This document shows, in pieces, positions 57,541-64,000 of a stretch of 64,000 bases of DNA (positions are counted from its first letter, which is position 1; each line of letters opens with the position of its first letter). The position numbers were made by a program, and so were the translations under genes. Source of the DNA: Acidobacteriota bacterium (GTDB lineage Bacteria > Acidobacteriota > UBA6911 > RPQK01 > JADFOI01). The notes beneath the pieces were generated by a model. That model was given only the letters and a program-made list of their open reading frames with translations, had not been told where the DNA came from and did not search any database. Location: positions 214,358 through 278,357 of the forward strand of contig OY760074.1 of assembly GCA_963663035.1 (NCBI GenBank), in the 5' to 3' direction.

Positions 57541-58626
57541 TCATCGCAATCTGGAAAACTCCTTGGGGTCGAAGGCTTCACGAAAGGCTTCCCCAATCAG
57601 GACGACCAGGAGCAGGGTCAGAAAGAGGGCCGCCAGAGGGAAAAAGACCAACCACCACTTGGTCAGCAAACTCATGCCCTGGCCAATCAGTTCTCCCCAA
57701 CTGGGAGTGGGGGCGGGTAGTCCGAATCCCAGGAAGTCCAGGGCCACCAGCGCGCCGATGTTGCCCACGATGGCAAAGGGAGCGAAGGAGACAATCGGAT
57801 TGATGGCGTTGGGTAAAATATGCTTGAACATGATGGTCCAGTCCGATGCCCCCATGGCCAGTGCAGCCCCCACATAGTCTTTGGCCTTTTCACGGTAGAA
57901 CTCCCCCCGGATGTAATAGGTGATTCCCATCCAGCCGAAGGCGGACAAAAGGAAGATCAGAAGCCAGAAGGAGGGCTGCAGCAGCTGACTCCTTCCCGGC
58001 AGGTAGATCGGCACGACGATCGAACTCACGATCATGATGGTGTAAAGAAAGGGAAGGGAGGACCAGATTTCGATGACCCGCTGTCCCAGAATATCCAGCT
58101 TTCCCCCGAAGTATCCAATCAATCCACCCACGGCAATTCCCAGCCCATAGCTGAAGGTGAGAACCAGCACGGCGAAGGTCATCGATATATTGAAGCCATA
58201 GGCGAGCCGCGCGAACACGTCGCGGCCTCGATCGTCGGTTCCGAAGAAATGCTGGAGGGAAGGCTCGTGAGGGGGAACGCCCTCTAGTTCCAGCAGTGAT
58301 TCGTTGGGGTGATAGGGGTAGGGAGGCAGGATGACCCAGTTGCCCTGCCCTGCAGCAGAGAACTGATCCTTCAGTTGCCGGTAGTCCGGTTCGCCGATCG
58401 CCTCCAGGCCGAACTCCTCGGGACCGTAAAAGCGCAGCATGGGAAAGAAGTATTCGCCCTCATATCGCACCAAAAGCGGCTTGCTGTTCACGAGGAGGGG
58501 CAGTACGAACGAGATCAGGTAGGCGGCCACAATGATCAGGAAGGAGTAATAGCCCCGCTTGAGACTGCGGAACTTCCGCCAACGCTTGCGGAAGATGGAT
58601 AGGGAGGGGGGCGGCACCTGGTTCAT
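57541..58626 (-). CDS. ABC peptide transporter permease, OppC/DppC-type with long N-terminal periplasmic extension
   Basis: 361 aa. FGTDDRGRDVFARLAYG and the EAA-like region in the second half. Start overlaps the upstream gene. Confidence 0.8.
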   Translation of the reverse strand: MNQVPPPSLSIFRKRWRKFRSLKRGYYSFLIIVAAYLISFVLPLLVNSKPLLVRYEGEYFFPMLRFYGPEEFGLEAIGEPDYRQLKDQFSAAGQGNWVILPPYPYHPNESLLELEGVPPHEPSLQHFFGTDDRGRDVFARLAYGFNISMTFAVLVLTFSYGLGIAVGGLIGYFGGKLDILGQRVIEIWSSLPFLYTIMIVSSIVVPIYLPGRSQLLQPSFWLLIFLLSAFGWMGITYYIRGEFYREKAKDYVGAALAMGASDWTIMFKHILPNAINPIVSFAPFAIVGNIGALVALDFLGFGLPAPTPSWGELIGQGMSLLTKWWLVFFPLAALFLTLLLVVLIGEAFREAFDPKEFSRLR

Positions 58627-59657
58627 TATCGAAACCGTATCCGCGGGTCGACGAACACGTAGATGACGTCCGAGATAATATTGCCCAACAGCATGAGAAG
58701 ACTGGAAATGACCACGATGCCCAGGGCCACCGGATAGTCTCTTTGCAGGATCGAGGTATATCCCAGATAGCCCATTCCGTCGATATTAAACACCTTCTCG
58801 ATCAGAAAGGAGCCGGCCAGAATCAGGCTGAAGAAGTGTCCCAGACCGGTGGCGATGGGGATCAGGGAATTTCGCAGGGCATGCAAAAAGATCACCCGCC
58901 GCTCACTCAAGCCCTTGGCAAAAGCGGTTCGGACATAGTCTTGTCCCAGGTTCTCCAGCAGCGAGTTCTTGGTCAGGATAGTGAGGGTGGCAAAGGAGCC
59001 GATCATATAGCAGACCACGGGAAGAAACATGTGGTGAAGCTGGGCCACGATTTTCTGGCCGAAATTCAAGAATTCCCAATTAGTGGGTCGGAAGCCGCCC
59101 AGGGGAAAGAAATCCCAGAAGCTTCCCCCTCCCAGAAACACCAGTAGGGCGGTCCCCAGTGCCCATCCAGGAATCGAGTAGCCCAGAAACACAATGAAGC
59201 TGGTGCTGAAATCGAAGCGCGATCCGTGTCGAATCGCCTTGAAGACCCCCAGGGGCACGCAAACCAGATAGCTCAGCAAAAAGCCCGTCAGTCCTAAGAA
59301 TATGGAGACGGGGAAGCGCGATTTGATCACATCCCATACCGGCTCCTGGTAGATGTAGGATCGACCCAGATCGAGCCGCACCACGTTCCAGAGCCACTGG
59401 GCATAGCGAATAGCGACGGGCTTGTCGAAACCGTAGTATCGCCTCATCTCCTCCAGCGCTGCTTCAGGAATACCGGTATCCAGCCTCAGCCCTCCGCCGC
59501 TGGCCCCGCCCTCCTCAGCCAGCGCCATCTGGTAGCTCATGATCCTGCGTTCGATGGGGCCGCCCGGGACGAAGTGCATGATCAGGAAGACGGCCAGTGT
59601 GATGCCCAAGAAGGTGGGAATGACCAGCAGGAACCGGCGGATGAAGTAGGCTGTCAT
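58626..59657 (-). CDS. ABC peptide transporter permease, OppB/DppB-type
   Basis: 343 aa. MTAYFIRRFLLVIPTFLGITLAVF N-terminus. Typical 6-TM OppB layout. Confidence 0.8.
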   Translation of the reverse strand: MTAYFIRRFLLVIPTFLGITLAVFLIMHFVPGGPIERRIMSYQMALAEEGGASGGGLRLDTGIPEAALEEMRRYYGFDKPVAIRYAQWLWNVVRLDLGRSYIYQEPVWDVIKSRFPVSIFLGLTGFLLSYLVCVPLGVFKAIRHGSRFDFSTSFIVFLGYSIPGWALGTALLVFLGGGSFWDFFPLGGFRPTNWEFLNFGQKIVAQLHHMFLPVVCYMIGSFATLTILTKNSLLENLGQDYVRTAFAKGLSERRVIFLHALRNSLIPIATGLGHFFSLILAGSFLIEKVFNIDGMGYLGYTSILQRDYPVALGIVVISSLLMLLGNIISDVIYVFVDPRIRFR

Positions 59658-61618
59658 GGGGTTTCTGTGGTATTGGTCTGCTGCTCGACTTGAGCAAAGT
59701 CCAGCCAGTACCGATCTTCTGATGGGCCGACTTCCAGTTGAATGTCTGGATCACGCTGGGCCTGATCGAACTGCTCTAGTCTTTCCGGGTCGATCCACCA
59801 CACTGAGGGAATGTCTGAGTAGTCCCCGATCCTGGTGAAAGTTCCTTCGGGGTATCCAAATTTATTCAAGTACACGACTCGCTTAAAGGGGGCCGTCCAT
59901 TCCAGAATGTAGGGGTAGAGATTGGCCAGGATGCCATCAATCTCCCGAACGGCGGCAATGCGCTCATCCAGGTCGAACATCTCGTTATAGGCCTCGGTGA
60001 TTTCATCGATTCTACGATTTTTGATCCCGGTGATATTGTTGGTACCGTTCGGATCGGCCAGTGAAGAATGGTATTCGACCTCCGGATTCGGGAAAAGCGA
60101 TCCGCCCCATAACATGGAGACCATCTCAAACTGTCTGTCCAGGACGAGCTTCCACTGGGCCTCCGGTGTCACCAGCCGCAAATTCAGGGTAATTCCTACT
60201 TTCCTCAAGTCTTCCTGGTACACGGTGAAAATTCTTTCCGAGGTCTGGGAACGGTAAAGGAGCTCTATTTCCAAGGGCTGGCCATTTTTCACCAAGCGCC
60301 CTCTTTCGTCCCGATTCCTCCAGCCCGCCTCGGCCAGCAAATTCAGGGCGAGTTCCGGATCGTATAAGACTACGGGATTATTGGGGTTCTCATAGACGCC
60401 GCCGGCATAGTGGGAGTTCTGCAGCTGGTACTCGTTGTACATCAGCTTTTCGATCAGCTGCTCCCGATTGAAGAGGTGAAAGAGGGCCTTTCGCACCCGG
60501 ATGTCGTCATAGGGTACTCTGCGCATATTGAATGCCAGACCCTGTACTCCGATAGCATCGTGATTGAAGATCTTCCGTTTTTGAATTAAACCTCTTTGTA
60601 TCCGATCGAAATCCAGCTCCTCCACCCACATTTGGGCGCGGTTGACTATGTAGTAGTCGAGATCGCCTTTCTTGAACATTTCAAACTCCAGATTGCGGTC
60701 TCGAACCACGATTTCTTTGACCTGCTCAAAGTTATACAGGCCCACATTTCGACGATGTTTTTCCGCCCAGTAATCCTGGCGCTTGCGGAGCGTCAAAGAG
60801 TTTCCCTTGTCGATATCTTCTTCCCGAACGAGGTAAGGGCCGGTGCCGGGAAGCATCTTGAAGTTGTAGTCACGGAGGTAGGTGGCTGCGTCCACATCTT
60901 TCAGGACATGGGCCGGGAAGAGCTGCAGCGAAGTTGAAAAAAGGAGGAAGTTCTGCCAGTTCACTTTGGCGCTATTGACCCGAACGATATATTTGCTCTC
61001 GGCAACGGGTCTTTCGAACTTACTCCAAACCATCTGATCCATCGGTGACTGCAATCCCTCATCCATGCTCAGATCCCAAGAAGCTACAGCGTCCTCGGCC
61101 GTGACCGGCTGGCCATCGGACCAGCGGGCATTGGGGTTGATTCGGAAGCGAAAGGTCATTTTATCGGGGGAGATTTGCCAGTGGGTGGCCAGGGCGGGGA
61201 TGTATCCCATGGTGGTGGGATGCAGGCCCAGCAGCGTCTCGTAGACCAACGCCCCCAGCACATAGTAGTTTAGGGAGGTATTCGATTCCGGCCCCACCAT
61301 CCGCATTGTGCCGGGAAAAGACCCTATTGGCTCCCTGAGCAATCCCCCCTTCACGGCGCGAGGATCCCCAATGAAGTCAAACTCCGTATTGGTCTCCCAG
61401 CCCTCACCGGTGAAGCCCCTGCCTCCCTGCTCGGCAGAAACGGCCGGGTCTGCCCCGGCATCCGCATCCGGAAAGACCGGATAGTCGTTCTTGTCCATGG
61501 AGACCGGACCTCGGGGCTCCAGGCCGGGTGCTGATCCACCCCCGCCTATATCCAAGTAACTGCAGCCCAAGGCCGCCAAAAATCCACTCATCAAACAAAT
61601 GTATAGGACTTTGCGCAT
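59654..61618 (-). CDS. Large family-5 (peptide/nickel/opine) substrate-binding lipoprotein, YejA/OppA-like
   Basis: 654 aa. Lipobox LAALGCS. SBP_bac_5 fold features. Stop/start overlap with the B-type permease gene. Confidence 0.8.
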   Translation of the reverse strand: MRKVLYICLMSGFLAALGCSYLDIGGGGSAPGLEPRGPVSMDKNDYPVFPDADAGADPAVSAEQGGRGFTGEGWETNTEFDFIGDPRAVKGGLLREPIGSFPGTMRMVGPESNTSLNYYVLGALVYETLLGLHPTTMGYIPALATHWQISPDKMTFRFRINPNARWSDGQPVTAEDAVASWDLSMDEGLQSPMDQMVWSKFERPVAESKYIVRVNSAKVNWQNFLLFSTSLQLFPAHVLKDVDAATYLRDYNFKMLPGTGPYLVREEDIDKGNSLTLRKRQDYWAEKHRRNVGLYNFEQVKEIVVRDRNLEFEMFKKGDLDYYIVNRAQMWVEELDFDRIQRGLIQKRKIFNHDAIGVQGLAFNMRRVPYDDIRVRKALFHLFNREQLIEKLMYNEYQLQNSHYAGGVYENPNNPVVLYDPELALNLLAEAGWRNRDERGRLVKNGQPLEIELLYRSQTSERIFTVYQEDLRKVGITLNLRLVTPEAQWKLVLDRQFEMVSMLWGGSLFPNPEVEYHSSLADPNGTNNITGIKNRRIDEITEAYNEMFDLDERIAAVREIDGILANLYPYILEWTAPFKRVVYLNKFGYPEGTFTRIGDYSDIPSVWWIDPERLEQFDQAQRDPDIQLEVGPSEDRYWLDFAQVEQQTNTTETP

Positions 61619-61698
61619 TGTTTTGGTTCCTCCAGGTGAGAACCATTGTAGAATGTCGATGACAGGGATGTAAAACGCCTGGCTGGCTCCGATCAGAG

Positions 61699-61718
61699 CC
61701 GCAGGCTTTAGCCTGCGG
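61699..61718. repeat. REP-A hairpin (single)
   Basis: CCGCAGGCT-TT-AGCCTGCGG preceded by GATCAGAG. Between the SBP gene and the asparaginase gene. Confidence 0.4.
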
Positions 61719-61774
61719 GCCAGCGGGGACTTAAACGCAGATCCGGAACTCTCTCCTGACTCCTGCCTTCTCTT

Positions 61775-62817
61775 CTAGTACTCATCAAAGATGCGCTGGA
61801 TTTCCTTCAGGTCTTTTGTCCGGGTCAAGGCCAGCATGAGAAGAATACGGGCCTTCTGGGGGGGGAGGTTATCTCCTTCAATGAAGATGTCATTCGGGTT
61901 GGCTTCGGCTCGCCCTTCGCCGCCCCGATTGGTGATGACAATCGGCAGGCCCGCCTGGGCCAGGGCACTCAGAGGCTCCCTGTGCTCTGGGGCCAGTCTT
62001 TGGGAGACCGGAAAGCCTTGAAAAATCAATCCATCCAGTTCCAGGCCTTTGAGTGCATTGAGAATGACGCCGGATGCTCCGGCAGCGGTACTCATGATTT
62101 CCACCGTGGCAAGATCTTGGAGTTGGCTCACGTCAAATTCGCTTTGATAGGTATGTCGCCGCACTGGGGCGTGGTAAAAGGTCACCTGATCGGGGTCAAC
62201 GTAGCCCAGGACGCCGACGCCCCGCGTGTTAAAAGCCCCGGGACGACGACCAGTCTTGAGAACATCGCGACTGCTCTTGATCTCTTCATCCAAAATGACA
62301 AAGACACCTTTTCCCTTGGCTTGAGGGGAGGAAACAACCCGGATGGCATCGAGCAGGTTTCGGTCCCCATCGTTTCCCAGGGTGCCGTGCCTGCGCTGGG
62401 ACGCCGCCAGGGCCACGGGTTTGTCACTTTTAACCGTGAGATTGAGAAAATACGAGGTTTCTTCGGTGGTTTGAGTTCCGTGAGTGACAACGATTCCCGT
62501 AACCTCGGGCTCTGTTTCGAAGATCTTATTAATGGCGTTGGCCAGACCGATCCACACCTTGGGGTTCATGGACGAACTTCCAATGCGCACATGGTCTACC
62601 ACTTCCACCCGCGCGTACTGGCTGATAGCCGGAATATCTCGAACCACAGCTGTGGCGCTGACTCGACCATCAGTCGTGTTGGCGATGGTTCCTCCGGTGG
62701 CAACGATTTTCACCAGAGGAAGTGGGGAATCCCCCGTCATCGATTGCGAATGCAGCAGCAGGGGATTGGCTAGACCTGCAGCCAGGACGGATAGGATCGG
62801 CAGGAAGTATTTCACTT
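61775..62817 (-). CDS. L-asparaginase type II-like (periplasmic asparaginase/glutaminase family)
   Basis: GTG start at 62817 with GGAGG 10 nt upstream. Signal peptide. VKIVATGGTIANT is the asparaginase active-site threonine motif. Confidence 0.75.
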
Positions 62818-62911
62818 TTTTGAGTCCTCCTCGAAAAGTTCGTTGGGATCTTGCGGCGATGCTACTGCCCGTCTGAACTTCTGTCAACAGAGAAGGTGGA
62901 ATCAGTCAGAG

Positions 62912-62931
62912 CCTTGGGCTTTAGCCCACGG
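62912..62931. repeat. REP-A hairpin variant
   Basis: CCTTGGGCT-TT-AGCCCACGG (one mismatch) preceded by CAGTCAGAG. Confidence 0.35.
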
Positions 62932-63062
62932 GCCATCAAGTCACCTGTCTTAACCCAAGAAAACGGCGACAATGGCAATTTCCCATTGCCTTTCCCAACG
63001 TCAAGAGCTAGCATTCAAGCTGTAATCGGTGTTCACTGATTAGGTACCGAAGCGGAGAAGAA

Positions 63063-63416
63063 ATGAAAGGAAGACGCCAGTATAGACGCTGGCGGGTGTC
63101 AATGCCCTGCTCGGTGACGTGGGAAGAGGGGAATACCCGGGGGCAAATCGCCAATATTTCCTTCGGTGGGGCGTTGATATCTGAGGTCACTTCTGTTCCT
63201 CCTGAGGGCGCCCTGGTCGCTCTGACCTTTGACGCCAAGGAGGGGCCGGTCCGTCTGGAAGGCAAACTGACTTCCCGGGTTATCCATACCATCACGGAGC
63301 TTATTGAAGACGGCGGGGTTGGCTCGTTTGGCGTACAGTTCGAGGGGTCCATAGAAGATATCCGGGCCAAGCTGGTTCCCATTTTCCAGGTTCTGACTTC
63401 AGGAAAAGACGACTAG
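63063..63416 (+). CDS. PilZ-domain c-di-GMP-binding protein
   Basis: 117 aa. RRQYRRWR (RxxxR) and NISFGGALI (D/NxSxGG) motifs. Confidence 0.8.
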   Translation: MKGRRQYRRWRVSMPCSVTWEEGNTRGQIANISFGGALISEVTSVPPEGALVALTFDAKEGPVRLEGKLTSRVIHTITELIEDGGVGSFGVQFEGSIEDIRAKLVPIFQVLTSGKDD

Positions 63417-63433
63417 CTGCAGAAGGCAAATCA

Positions 63434-64000
63434 ATGAAAAAGTGGACTGTGGTGGGTCTCCTGGGAGGGATGGCCTTCGCAACGGATCTGATTCGTACTT
63501 CGCTGGGAATCGTGGCCCCGACCTTGATGAGCCTCTATGACATCTCTTTCGAAGAGATGGGGTTTATCTTGGCGGGTTGGAACTGGGCCTACACCGCTTC
63601 GCTGCTCATGATTGGTCCCCTCGTGGACCGATTTGGCCCCTGGCTGATTGTGGGCATCGGGTCTGGAGTTTGGGGCATGGCTACCATGGCCCTGCCCCTT
63701 GCTTCTACTGTCACATCGCTCTTTGTCATGCGTGCTCTCTTTGGACTGGGGCACAGCATGCGAATGCCCTCACAGGCCGCCTGTATCTCGCGTTGGATGG
63801 GTCCTGATCTGCGTGCCACAGCGATTGGCCTCTGTTTCTTTGGAGGTCAGATTGCCCTGGCTATCGGACCCGCACTGGGTGCTTTCCTGATCAGCAGTTT
63901 GGGGTGGCAATGGGTCTTTTATGTCTCTGGCACTGTCAGCTTGCTGTTCTGCCTGACCTGGTTTTCTCTTTACCCCAGGGACAAGGTCGAGGCCCAGGTT
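63434..64000 (+). CDS. MFS transporter, N-terminal part (runs off the window)
   Basis: ATG at 63434. Successive TM helices and the MFS loop motif GPLVDRFGP between TM2 and TM3. Confidence 0.75.
   Translation, partial: MKKWTVVGLLGGMAFATDLIRTSLGIVAPTLMSLYDISFEEMGFILAGWNWAYTASLLMIGPLVDRFGPWLIVGIGSGVWGMATMALPLASTVTSLFVMRALFGLGHSMRMPSQAACISRWMGPDLRATAIGLCFFGGQIALAIGPALGAFLISSLGWQWVFYVSGTVSLLFCLTWFSLYPRDKVEAQV

Overview
Dense-coding, GC-rich (roughly 58-60% by eye) bacterial chromosomal window. It probably comes from an uncultivated-type lineage: the DUF1592/DUF1552 gene pair, secreted ankyrin and EF-hand proteins and abundant MITEs are Acidobacteria/PVC-like, but the taxon cannot be assigned from sequence alone.

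Housekeeping and accessory content:
- an ilvC fragment, a sodium:solute symporter with its small subunit, a mazEF-type TA pair, thiolase, a Tct tricarboxylate transporter, a five-gene Opp-type ABC peptide importer, asparaginase, a PilZ protein and an MFS transporter;
- an OmpR-type two-component system next to a VWA-PspA-membrane protein operon;
- a long minus-strand envelope-glycan tailoring locus with Arn-like B/C/A/D/T enzyme types plus a Gfo/Idh/MocA oxidoreductase, a sulfotransferase and two methyltransferases, ending in a YfhO-family gene.

Striking features:
1. Two identical 1639-bp copies of an IS4-superfamily (best fit IS1380-family) insertion sequence, both flanked by a CTAG 4-bp duplication. 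One sits exactly on a stop codon between the VWA gene and pspA; the other splits the yfhO-like gene.
2. A family of about 150-245 bp MITEs whose terminal inverted repeats resemble the IS ends. There are four copies plus two IR-IR footprints and one IS remnant. Four of the six copies/footprints use the TAG stop codon of an adjacent gene as their flank.
3. Two REP-like palindrome families, one located inside the opp operon.
4. An in-frame TGA that replaces the second Cys of a thioredoxin-fold CxxC motif in a secreted EF-hand protein, followed by a small hairpin. This is a candidate multidomain CxxU selenoprotein.
5. A repeated TTTAC-N5-CTTAC / GTAAA direct-repeat motif upstream of a Spy/CpxP-like gene, the candidate selenoprotein and the response-regulator gene.

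No CRISPR array, rRNA or tRNA was recognised.
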